A stretch of 64,000 nucleotides of DNA from Candidatus Moraniibacteriota bacterium. Lineage in GTDB: Bacteria; Patescibacteriota; Minisyncoccia; Moranbacterales; UBA1568. The DNA is taken from contig JBATLQ010000045.1 in the NCBI GenBank assembly GCA_049289395.1, positions 5,565-69,564 on the forward strand, written 5' to 3'. A program made the position numbers and the translations under genes. Positions 28,121-36,895 of the stretch are shown here, piece by piece. Within the stretch, counting starts at the first letter, position 1; every line of letters starts with the position of its first letter. The notes beneath the pieces are model-generated. The model was not told the origin of the DNA, made no database searches, and saw only the letters and a list, made by a program, of their open reading frames with translations.

Positions 28121-29062
28121 ATGACAAAAAATTCCCTCATTATCATCAGAGAGGCTGAACACATCGGCCTCAAGGTAGAAATTATTTCCGACAAAAAAAA
28201 CCTTTTTGTCATTCATGGAAAAAACAAGTCTCTCACTGTGTGTGAACTATTTTCCATAACACTCGATCCTGCTGGCGAAGCTTACCGACTCTCTAAAGAC
28301 AAGGTCCTGACCTACCTTCTTTGGGAGCGAGCCAATATACCATTTCCAAAGTATTATCACTTCAAGAATCACGCCGACTTTCAAGAGAAATGCCACAATA
28401 TTCACTTTGAATACCCGCTCATCCTCAAAGAAGGCGGTGGTTCAAAAAGCATTAATGTCCATATGGATATTCAATCGATACATCAACTAAAAAAATCAGC
28501 CGCCAGCTATACAAAGGAGTTTCTCGCTCAACAAATGATCATCGGGAAAGAATACCGGCTCCTCCTCCACCAAGGGAGCCTCCTTGGTGCCCTCCTTCTC
28601 ATTCATCCGCATATCATCGGGGATGGAGAGCATACCATACATGAGCTCATCGAGATGGCAAATCACAATAAAGAAAAGAAGCTTGTTTTGGATAAAAATT
28701 CACTTGCCATACTTCAAAACGATGGCCTCTCCCCAGAAAGTATTCCTCAAAAAAATAAAAAGATTTTTCTCCAAAAAAACTCCCGCCTTTCCCAAGGGGG
28801 GGAATCACATGACTGCACTGACATCGTGCACCCAGAAATACTACGCTTGGCCAAAAAAGCTATTGAAGCAACCAACCTCGGTCTCGGTGGGCTCGACCTC
28901 ATCTGTGATGACATAACCCTCCCCCCAGCAAATCAAAAATTCATGTTCCTTGAAGTAAATACCTACCCTGATCTCAGTATCCACTATGAGCCCACTCACG
29001 GCTCCCCCCAGCCAGTCGCCAAACTTATTCTTGAAAATATTTTCGATGCCAACGCACAATAA
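28121..29062 (+). CDS. ATP-grasp family ligase
   Basis: 313 aa; C-terminal FLEVNTYPDLSIHYEP ATP-grasp motif; AT-rich gene. Confidence 0.5.
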   Translation: MTKNSLIIIREAEHIGLKVEIISDKKNLFVIHGKNKSLTVCELFSITLDPAGEAYRLSKDKVLTYLLWERANIPFPKYYHFKNHADFQEKCHNIHFEYPLILKEGGGSKSINVHMDIQSIHQLKKSAASYTKEFLAQQMIIGKEYRLLLHQGSLLGALLLIHPHIIGDGEHTIHELIEMANHNKEKKLVLDKNSLAILQNDGLSPESIPQKNKKIFLQKNSRLSQGGESHDCTDIVHPEILRLAKKAIEATNLGLGGLDLICDDITLPPANQKFMFLEVNTYPDLSIHYEPTHGSPQPVAKLILENIFDANAQ

Positions 29063-29101
29063 AAGCACTCGGAACGATTGATTTTAACACACCTTGTCAC
29101 T

Positions 29102-29983
29102 ATGCCAAAAAAACTACACTTTCTTATCATAATGGGAAAAACAGGCCCAAATCATATCGACATAATTAATGCAATCACTGACGCTGGGCACATAAGTCAT
29201 ACATTTAGCATCAACGATGCTACCATCAAAATTATTCAGGGAAAAGAAGTTGTATTTTTCCAAGAATACCCGCTCTCATTTTTCGACATCATTATACCGC
29301 GCACCATACAAACAAACCTCAGTCTCGGAAGATTTATACTCTGCCAAGCTAGGGCAGAACAATTTGTTCTTGATGAATGCATCGCACATCGTGATACCTT
29401 TGGGAAAATATCCCAAGGTAAAGCGCTCCTCGATAAAAAAATAAATCACCCAAAAACTATTTATACCGCAAATGCCGATGCTCTTCCCCTTATAATAAAC
29501 GCACTTTCATTCCCTTGTGTTGCAAAACCAGTATCAGGTCGACAAGGGGCTGGCGTAACACTCGTAAGAGACCAGAACGAAGCAATTAAAATTATTAAGG
29601 AACACGCTATGGGCTATCTCTTCCAAGAATACCTCCCAATTCAATTCGACTATCGGATATTCGTAGTTGGGGGAAAAGCAATTGGGGGGATACAAAGACA
29701 TATCTCTAAAAATGACTTCCGCACCAATGCCTCTGTTGGATCCGAGGTCACAAACACAAAAATGACAGCCGCCCTGCGCTCCACAGCGATTCAGGCCACA
29801 GCTGTTTTTGGGTACGACATTGCAGGAGTAGACATAGCCATTGTCAATGGGAGGCATTATGTTTTTGAAGTAAACCGCTCTCCTCAATGGCAAGCATTCA
29901 AAAAAGCAACTGGGATAAATCCTGCCAAACATATTATCGAGTATGCTATTAAAAAACATCATAAAAAACATCGAGCGGCTTGA
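29102..29983 (+). CDS. RimK-like alpha-L-glutamate ligase (ATP-grasp)
   Basis: CVAKPVSGRQGAGV, DYRIFVVGGKAIGGIQR, IAGVDIAIV and FEVNRSPQWQ match RimK-type motifs. Confidence 0.65.
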   Translation: MPKKLHFLIIMGKTGPNHIDIINAITDAGHISHTFSINDATIKIIQGKEVVFFQEYPLSFFDIIIPRTIQTNLSLGRFILCQARAEQFVLDECIAHRDTFGKISQGKALLDKKINHPKTIYTANADALPLIINALSFPCVAKPVSGRQGAGVTLVRDQNEAIKIIKEHAMGYLFQEYLPIQFDYRIFVVGGKAIGGIQRHISKNDFRTNASVGSEVTNTKMTAALRSTAIQATAVFGYDIAGVDIAIVNGRHYVFEVNRSPQWQAFKKATGINPAKHIIEYAIKKHHKKHRAA

Positions 29984-30058
29984 AAGAATTGAAAAAACAA
30001 TCTTTTTCCTGTACCATAAGCATATTCCTGGGAAATTTTTCCTTTGAGAAAATGCTCT

Positions 30059-32614
30059 ATGCCGATCATACACTTCTTTCGCCCAAAGCGATCCGCGCTT
30101 AAGCCCCCGGCTGAGAAAAGCGCTGAGAAGCGCTCAAAAATGCGCCGTTTTTTTCGTTTTTCTCTGAAACTCAGCCTTTTCATTTTCATTCTTGGCGTAC
30201 TCGCGACTGTCGGCATTTTCGCCTATATCGCGAAGGATCTCCCGAGTCCGGGGAAGGTGAACAAGCGATTCATCGCCGAATCGACGAAAATCTACGATCG
30301 CACCGGTGAACATCTCCTCTATGAAGTTCATGGCGAGGAGAAACGCACGCTCATTCCCTTCTCCGAAATGCCCGAGAGTCTCCGCGCCGCCACGCTCACC
30401 CTCGAGGATCAGGACTTCTATTCACATCACGGCATCAAACTCACCTCTATCGTCCGCGCTATCGTGAAGGATGTCCTCCATCAGGGTGCCGCGCAGGGGG
30501 GATCCACTATCACCCAGCAATTCGTGAAGAATTCCCTCCTCACGAACGAAAAGACGCTCATCCGAAAAGTGAAGGAAGTCATCCTCTCCATCGAAGTCGA
30601 ACAAAAATTCTCCAAAGACGAAATACTCGAAATGTATCTCAATGAAATCCCCTATGGCTCGAATGCCTATGGCATCGAAGCGGCTACCCAGACTTATTTC
30701 GGGAAACACGCGAAGGAGCTCTCTCTCGATGAAGCCGCCATCCTCGCGTCCCTCCCCAAGGCACCGAGTACCTATTCCCCCTACGGCTCGCGAACCGAAC
30801 AACTGAAAATCCGCCAGGAAGTCGCCATCAAGAACATGGCGAGACTCGGATATATCACTGAGGATCAGGCGAAAGAAGCGATCGCCGTCGATGTCTTGAA
30901 AAAAATTCTGCCACAGAAAAACATCATCGCGGCACCTCATTTCGTGATGTTCGTGAAAGAATATCTCGATCAGAAGTATGGCGAGCTCTCGATCGAACAG
31001 AGTGGTCTCCGGGTGTACACCACGCTCGATTGGGACAAACAGATGGCGGCAGAACAAGCGGTTCGCGAGGGTGCGGAAAAGAATATGAAGTGGAAGGCGA
31101 GCAACGCCGCGCTCGTCGCCATGGATCCGAAGACCGGACAGATCCTCGCCATGGTCGGATCCAAGGATTATTTCGACAGTGCCATCGATGGACAGGTCAA
31201 TGTCACCATCCGCGAACGACAACCGGGGTCATCCATGAAGCCCTATATCTACCTCACCGCTTTCGAGAAAGGCTATTCCCCCGACACACTCCTCTACGAT
31301 ACGCCGACGCAATTCGATACCAATGAAGAAAAGAAATACGAACCGCAGAATTATGATGGCAAGTTTCGCGGTCCCATATCGATGAAGGAAGCCCTCCCGC
31401 AGTCGCTCAATATCCCCGCCGTAAAAACCCTCTACCTCGTCGGGGTGAATGATGCCGTCAAGACTGCGAAAAATCTCGGCATCACCACACTCAACTACCC
31501 CGATCGCTACGGACTCTCCCTCGTCCTCGGCGGTGGCGAAGTGAAGCTCATCGATCATGTGCACGCCTACGCATCGCTCGCCGCCGGAGGGGTGAAACGC
31601 CAGCAGAGCGCGCTCCTGCGGGTAGAAGATGCGCATGGGAACATCCTCGAAGAATATAAGAGTGACCCCGGAGAGCGCGTCATCGAAGAAAAGTATGTCG
31701 CCATCCTCGATCATGTCATGTCGACGAATGCTTACCGCGCGCCCGTCTTCGGAGAAAATAATCCACTCCGCTTCGACAATCGACAAGTCGCCGCGAAAAC
31801 CGGTACGACCAATGAGTTCCGTGACGCCTGGACAGTCGGGTTCGCACCATCGATCGCGGTCGGCGTGTGGGTCGGCAATAACAACAACGACCCGATGACT
31901 CCCGGAGCAGACGGCTCCATCGTCGCCGCTCCGATTTGGCGAGCCTTCATGGACAAGGCACTCGTGAACACCCCTATCGAGAATTTCCCCGAATACAAAC
32001 CGGAGGATACTGAGAACAAGGACGCCGTCGACAAACCCCTCATGAATGGAAAAGTGGATTCGAAAGAAAATGTGAAAGTGTGCAAGATAAAAAGTGACAA
32101 ATACTGCCTCGCGAACGATTACTGTCGAGATAAGGACATCGAGAAGAAAACATTCGTCTCGAGTCACGACATCCTCTCGTATGTCAATCGCGATGATCCC
32201 ACCGGAGCCATCCCGGACAAGCCGGACCGCGACTCGCAGTATAAAGGGTGGGAAAAGGGAGTGAAAGACTGGTACTCGGATCAGAAGAAAATCATTCTCG
32301 GCGATCCACCGAAGGACAGCTGTACCCAAGACGACTTCTCCCAATACAAACCTTCCGTCACCATCTCCACCTCTGGTGATGCTTCTTCGTCGAGCATCAC
32401 CCTCAGCGTCTCCTCCGACGCTCCGTATGGCGTCCGGAGTGTCTCCTATGAAGTGGATGGCAAGGATGCCGGATCATCCACGAGTAAGCCCTACAGCGTC
32501 TCGTACGATATTCCCGCTGACAAAAACAACTCCACCATCTCGGTAGAAGCAAAACTCGAGGATAGCAATGGAAACACCACAACCGCATCGAAAAATATCT
32601 CGGTTCACTACTAA
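30059..32614 (+). CDS. class A penicillin-binding protein (transglycosylase + transpeptidase) with C-terminal extension
   Basis: GT51 motif TLEDQDFYSHHGI; transpeptidase motifs SSMKP (SxxK), SLN (SxN), KTGTT (KTG); N-terminal TM anchor; listed 30044 start is TTG. Confidence 0.85.
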   Translation: MPIIHFFRPKRSALKPPAEKSAEKRSKMRRFFRFSLKLSLFIFILGVLATVGIFAYIAKDLPSPGKVNKRFIAESTKIYDRTGEHLLYEVHGEEKRTLIPFSEMPESLRAATLTLEDQDFYSHHGIKLTSIVRAIVKDVLHQGAAQGGSTITQQFVKNSLLTNEKTLIRKVKEVILSIEVEQKFSKDEILEMYLNEIPYGSNAYGIEAATQTYFGKHAKELSLDEAAILASLPKAPSTYSPYGSRTEQLKIRQEVAIKNMARLGYITEDQAKEAIAVDVLKKILPQKNIIAAPHFVMFVKEYLDQKYGELSIEQSGLRVYTTLDWDKQMAAEQAVREGAEKNMKWKASNAALVAMDPKTGQILAMVGSKDYFDSAIDGQVNVTIRERQPGSSMKPYIYLTAFEKGYSPDTLLYDTPTQFDTNEEKKYEPQNYDGKFRGPISMKEALPQSLNIPAVKTLYLVGVNDAVKTAKNLGITTLNYPDRYGLSLVLGGGEVKLIDHVHAYASLAAGGVKRQQSALLRVEDAHGNILEEYKSDPGERVIEEKYVAILDHVMSTNAYRAPVFGENNPLRFDNRQVAAKTGTTNEFRDAWTVGFAPSIAVGVWVGNNNNDPMTPGADGSIVAAPIWRAFMDKALVNTPIENFPEYKPEDTENKDAVDKPLMNGKVDSKENVKVCKIKSDKYCLANDYCRDKDIEKKTFVSSHDILSYVNRDDPTGAIPDKPDRDSQYKGWEKGVKDWYSDQKKIILGDPPKDSCTQDDFSQYKPSVTISTSGDASSSSITLSVSSDAPYGVRSVSYEVDGKDAGSSTSKPYSVSYDIPADKNNSTISVEAKLEDSNGNTTTASKNISVHY

Positions 32615-32714
32615 GGCAAAATCTCTTCAAAAAACACTCCGGAAATCGGAGTGTTTTTTTAATGCGAAGCGCTAAGAGATACTGTCGACATTCCTTCCAT
32701 ACATCTCTCAATCA

Positions 32715-33599
32715 CTATCGCTTGAAGTCCGCACTGATTTTCCAAATACCTTTTTCACGGAATGCTGGGATCGTCTGATGCCTTGCCGCATTCGATATCC
32801 CTGACGCAGGCACATCATGCTTCTTCGCGTATTGAGCAAGAGTAATGATATCACCACCCTTCATATAGGTAATTCTTTTGTTCATCGATTCCATGAGAGC
32901 AAGCGTCACTACTCGCTCCATGGAGCTCGTATCACCGTCATTTCGATACTCTCCAAATGTTTTGTAATATTTCGATTTTTCCTTATCCCGAATAATAATC
33001 GATGGAAGTCCGAGTTGAAACATCTGATAATTCATGAGCACCCGACCAATGCGACCATTCCCATCGCAAAACGGATGGATTGTCTCGAAATCCAAATGGA
33101 ACTTCGCGATCTTATCCAAAAAATACGCGTCAATGTTTCCGGAGTATTCCAGAAGAAGCGAGCCGATCATATGTTCGACGCGCTCCGGTGCCGGTGCCAC
33201 ATGTGTCCCCACGCGGACATACTCTCCGGTCTTGCGAAATCGTCCCGCATACTCATCATTGATTCCGCCGAGGAGCATCTGATGGAGGAAGAGCATGAGC
33301 TCCTTATCAACACTCTTTTCCTGAGACTTGGTCCGGATATAATTCATAACCCGTGCCAAATTCTTCGCCTCGAAAATTTCACGGACACTGACATCCCGAG
33401 ACACCTCCATTTCCAAGAGAATCTTCTCCGTTTCCCGAAGCGTCAGCGTCGAATTCTCGATAGCATTCGAATTGTAGACACTCTCTGGAATTTCCGCTTC
33501 ATCCAAGAGGACAAGCAAGGACTCCTTCCCTTTGCGCAAGGTATCATATTCGTTCTTCAGTACCTGAAGACGCTTCCTGATATGTGCTGATGTAGCCAT
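32715..33599 (-). CDS. Fic-family protein (AMPylase/ Fic-DOC)
   Basis: 294 aa; canonical Fic motif HPFCDGNGRIGR. Confidence 0.8.
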   Translation of the reverse strand: MATSAHIRKRLQVLKNEYDTLRKGKESLLVLLDEAEIPESVYNSNAIENSTLTLRETEKILLEMEVSRDVSVREIFEAKNLARVMNYIRTKSQEKSVDKELMLFLHQMLLGGINDEYAGRFRKTGEYVRVGTHVAPAPERVEHMIGSLLLEYSGNIDAYFLDKIAKFHLDFETIHPFCDGNGRIGRVLMNYQMFQLGLPSIIIRDKEKSKYYKTFGEYRNDGDTSSMERVVTLALMESMNKRITYMKGGDIITLAQYAKKHDVPASGISNAARHQTIPAFREKGIWKISADFKR

Positions 33600-33604
33600 A
33601 TTTT

Positions 33605-33697
33605 TTCGTGAATTGTATGTATAAAGTATACATCATTCACGATTTATTGTCAATAATTCGTGAATTTTAGTGAAAAATAGACAATATTCACGATTTA
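33605..33697. promoter_or_regulatory. palindrome-rich operator/promoter region upstream of fic
   Basis: TTCGTGAAT (33605-33613, 33657-33665) paired with ATTCACGA (33643-33650, 33686-33693); inner palindromes TGTATA...TATACA and TTATTGTCAATAA. Confidence 0.45.
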
Positions 33698-33901
33698 TGG
33701 AACCAATTTCTCAGGTTTGTTTACAATCACCCATCTTTACCCCTCCAGAAAATTGTTTGGAAGCCTTGCCTCCAAACAGTCAAGATACATTTCCCCCCTT
33801 CTCTTCTTTGAGACGGAACTTCACGATCTTTCGGATCAGTGCGAGCGGGAGCTTCCCTCCGAGCGGGAATTGGAAATCGGATGGCACCCAACAACAGCTT
33901 T

Positions 33902-34261
33902 CTAGTTCTCCAAAGAATCCAAATACTCCTGTATCAATCCCCTGTCCTCATTTTCTTTCTCACCCTTGTAGTACAGCTCGATAAAATCTATCAGGACAAC
34001 TTCTCCGTTATCAATATTATGCGCGTAAATAATACGAAACAATGACTGCCCCTTCAGCGACGCGCAAGAAAGCCGCACCTTGAAAATAGTAATACATCCG
34101 TTATCCGAAATATGCAGCCTGTTCCAATGCTTGCTTCCATTGCCAAGTGGCAACACCCTCAAAACATCCTGGAGCTTGCTGAGATCGCTCTGCAATGATC
34201 TGTATTTCTTACTCAATCGCTTTAGTTCCTTCGAAAATTTCTGTGATTGCCGGAATTCCAT
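33902..34261 (-). CDS. type II toxin, RelE/ParE superfamily (HigB-like)
   Basis: ~120 aa from MEFRQSQKF; C-terminal RIIYAHNIDNGEVVLIDFIELYYKGEK pattern; 20 nt downstream of HTH-DUF4065 gene. Confidence 0.5.
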   Translation of the reverse strand: MEFRQSQKFSKELKRLSKKYRSLQSDLSKLQDVLRVLPLGNGSKHWNRLHISDNGCITIFKVRLSCASLKGQSLFRIIYAHNIDNGEVVLIDFIELYYKGEKENEDRGLIQEYLDSLEN

Positions 34262-34280
34262 ATGTCTGTTCGGTGCAGTA

Positions 34281-34997
34281 TTACAATTCATTATACTGTC
34301 GTACAGACAATTTCTCCGGGCGATAGAAAACATGATCGTACTCGATATTCTTCCCATCCTCTGCGGCAAACCACGGCGTATCCTCATGCGAAAGTACCGA
34401 GAGCTCCGCAGCACTCTTCTCTCCATATCGCGCCAGCACACTATCGATCATCGTCATTTCCTGAGCACTCAGACTGCTCAAGTCTGCATGGCGATGTGGC
34501 AGAAATTTCCTCTGCTCATAAGTAAAGTACGCACTCTTCACTTCTTCCAATTCTCCACTTTTCTTCATCTCCTCCACGACACTCACGAATTCCCTCGGCG
34601 TCGGACCATGATGATTCTTGATATAGGTCAGTCCCATGAGTTGATCCTCGTACTTCTCATAGTAATCAAAGTCGATGAAATAGAGGAGCTTATAGAGCAC
34701 AGTCATACCGACATTCGGCTTCCCTGCCGTCTTTTCCAAGACATACAGAAAAACCTGCTTGAATTTCTCAAGTTTCTTCTGCGGAATACTGACACGCATA
34801 TCCCCCTTCGGAGATACATGATCCCTCACGATACCGAAAATCTCTTGAATCTTCCATTCTTCCACCTTGGTCAATTTCCGCTCATTATTTTCAACCTTGG
34901 CCAAAGTCGGACGGGAAATATCCAAACGCTTCGCAAGCTCTCCCTGCGACATGCCATATTCTTCCCGCAATTTTCGTACATCAATTTTCTGGGACAT
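34281..34997 (-). CDS. antitoxin-like HTH (XRE) + DUF4065 (Panacea/SocA-like) domain protein
   Basis: N-terminal HTH MSQGELAKRLDISRPTLAKVENNER; DUF4065-like LYKLLYFIDFDYYEKYEDQLMGLTYIKNHHGP. Confidence 0.55.
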   Translation of the reverse strand: MSQKIDVRKLREEYGMSQGELAKRLDISRPTLAKVENNERKLTKVEEWKIQEIFGIVRDHVSPKGDMRVSIPQKKLEKFKQVFLYVLEKTAGKPNVGMTVLYKLLYFIDFDYYEKYEDQLMGLTYIKNHHGPTPREFVSVVEEMKKSGELEEVKSAYFTYEQRKFLPHRHADLSSLSAQEMTMIDSVLARYGEKSAAELSVLSHEDTPWFAAEDGKNIEYDHVFYRPEKLSVRQYNEL

Positions 34998-35188
34998 AAT
35001 ACTTTTTTTAGTACCTTAATAATACCACCCTTTCTATCACTCTGCAAAGAATTTGTCAATATATAGTAATAATTTACACAATTACTTTACAAAATAAACC
35101 TAATAATATACAATGATGCTGTCGAATGAGGGGGAACCCTCTCAACGGTCGGGTTCGGCTAATAAACACAATAATCCAAACAAACGGT

Positions 35189-35377
35189 ATGGCAATGTAT
35201 CGCCTCAAAAAAGATGCCAATAGACAATATTACTGGATTTTGCAATCTAGCGAAAATCGTAAGATTGTCGCTATGAGTAGCGAATCATACGATTCCAAGC
35301 AGGGAGCTCTCAACTCCATCAGCTGGACAAAAGCAAACGCAGACAAAGCGGGATTCGAAGATAATACTCAGCTTTAA
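35189..35377 (+). CDS. YegP/DUF1508-family small protein
   Basis: MAMYRLKKDANRQYYWILQSSENRKIVAMSSESYDSKQGALNSI matches UPF0339 repeat. Confidence 0.6.
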   Translation: MAMYRLKKDANRQYYWILQSSENRKIVAMSSESYDSKQGALNSISWTKANADKAGFEDNTQL

Positions 35378-35412
35378 ATTCGCTTCAAAGAGAAAAATGA
35401 AAATAAAAATCT

Positions 35413-35452
35413 AAAAAGAGGGCGTGTATTGAGACACGACCTCTTTTTTACT
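35413..35452 (+). terminator. intrinsic terminator
   Basis: AGAGGGCGTGT-attgag-ACACGACCTCT followed by TTTTTT. Confidence 0.55.
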
Positions 35453-35610
35453 TCCCTACCCCCACACTAAAGGCTTCTTGAAGAATGGATTGCTCGAGGC
35501 GGTCGAGCACGCCGGAGCAGAGGTATTCCTCATTCGCTTCTCCTTATGATATTCAGACATACGTTTCACTTACGAGTTACATATTTTGGTATGTAACTAC
35601 AAAAAGGAAC

Positions 35611-36021
35611 TCAATCACTCTTCCGATCTCCTATGACTTGTATATCTGTGACACGGATATTCTCCAGACACTTCGAGTCACCATAGTACTCGCAATCATC
35701 AGGCTCTTTCTCTCCTGTTATTTTAAATACACCGTTTTCATTTTCCCTCACATATTTTACATAATCATCAATCCTTTTTTCATCATCCATCTTTTCAATC
35801 ATTGCAAAGAACCATGGATGATCCTCAAACTCATCTAGTACCCTTCCTTGTTCGATATCATAGTAAGAGAATCGCACATCCCCCGATGTTGAAACTCTTG
35901 AAAGAACGCCATATCTTTCTACAAAAGAACTCCTCCCTGCATTATGTATATTCACCCACAAAATAGAAGCCGCAATAGCAACAAGAAGGAATATTGAAAT
36001 ATAGAGTGAATTTTTTTTCAT
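35611..36021 (-). CDS. hypothetical secreted/membrane-anchored protein
   Basis: signal-peptide-like MKKNSLYISIFLLVAIAASILW; last gene of minus-strand operon. Confidence 0.4.
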   Translation of the reverse strand: MKKNSLYISIFLLVAIAASILWVNIHNAGRSSFVERYGVLSRVSTSGDVRFSYYDIEQGRVLDEFEDHPWFFAMIEKMDDEKRIDDYVKYVRENENGVFKITGEKEPDDCEYYGDSKCLENIRVTDIQVIGDRKSD

Positions 36022-36025
36022 GATA

Positions 36026-36784
36026 TTATTCCATTTTGGATAAAACTTTAATTTCATTCGCCATCCTTATCCATTCTGCATTACTTATTCCATGTGCCAT
36101 TGGATGAGGTATTACAAAATAATTGATGCCTTCCTTTTTACAATAATGAAATCCCTCCGACTTCTTAAATTGACACTTCGCTATTTCAATCCAATGAGGA
36201 AGGTACATAAATGAACAGAAAATTACAGTGGTTGGTCGATGCTTGCTGATATATTTTTGATACAACTTAATCCTCATTGGCATTACCTCCTGAAAATACA
36301 CCCCTCGTGTCATCAAATAATCAATTTTAAAATTAAAATAAACCCAATCCAGCTCGCGTATTGAGCTCGATGGTAATGGCATTAGATCAAGAATACAATG
36401 ATTGCTATCTCGTCGACCAAATCTCGTTTTCTGATATTCTCTCACAATTTCAGTAGTCACAGATTGCTCCTCAAAGGCAAGCAACATGGTGATCAGCTTA
36501 CTCCAAGTTCTTTGAATAGGAGGTCGTTCCCCTAAAAAATATCTTATGTGATCTGGGACATCCGTCATGTCATCACAAATATCAACAACCAAACTATCCT
36601 TTGTTGCTTTGAAGCGAGGCTTCAGATCTTCTAATTCGCCAGCAAACCCCTCTTCCATACACACAAACCAAATATTTGAGTCAATATTTCCATAACCCAA
36701 AAAATTATTGATCCTATTTTCTATAAGTTCTTTCGAAATCATTGCTTTTTTGAAGAAATATTTTTCAATTCCACTTATGAACAC
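36026..36784 (-). CDS. hypothetical protein with uracil-DNA-glycosylase-fold-like motifs (divergent)
   Basis: GYGNIDSNIWFVCMEEGF resembles UDG family-4 motif GEGxpxArlMfVGEAPG; NHCILDLMPLP resembles NvVKCRPP; C-terminal VIPHPMAHGISN resembles HPSxLLRN; by-eye only. Confidence 0.3.
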   Translation of the reverse strand: MFISGIEKYFFKKAMISKELIENRINNFLGYGNIDSNIWFVCMEEGFAGELEDLKPRFKATKDSLVVDICDDMTDVPDHIRYFLGERPPIQRTWSKLITMLLAFEEQSVTTEIVREYQKTRFGRRDSNHCILDLMPLPSSSIRELDWVYFNFKIDYLMTRGVYFQEVMPMRIKLYQKYISKHRPTTVIFCSFMYLPHWIEIAKCQFKKSEGFHYCKKEGINYFVIPHPMAHGISNAEWIRMANEIKVLSKME

Positions 36785-36895
36785 ACGGATTCCGTGTTCG
36801 CCTCCCCTTGTAGTATTCGGACATAGTGGTTAGTGATAAAAAATGGTATCTAGCCTCTCTTCTATTTTTGGATTGTTGAACATAATTCTTCTTAT

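Noticed and set aside
30422-32344. 266- and 371-aa minus-strand ORFs inside PBP1A
   Set aside because: Antisense to a gene with clear GT51/transpeptidase motifs.
33670-33984. 104-aa plus-strand ORF downstream of the fic operator
   Set aside because: Low-complexity S/P-rich translation overlapping the convergent toxin gene 3' region; no RBS.
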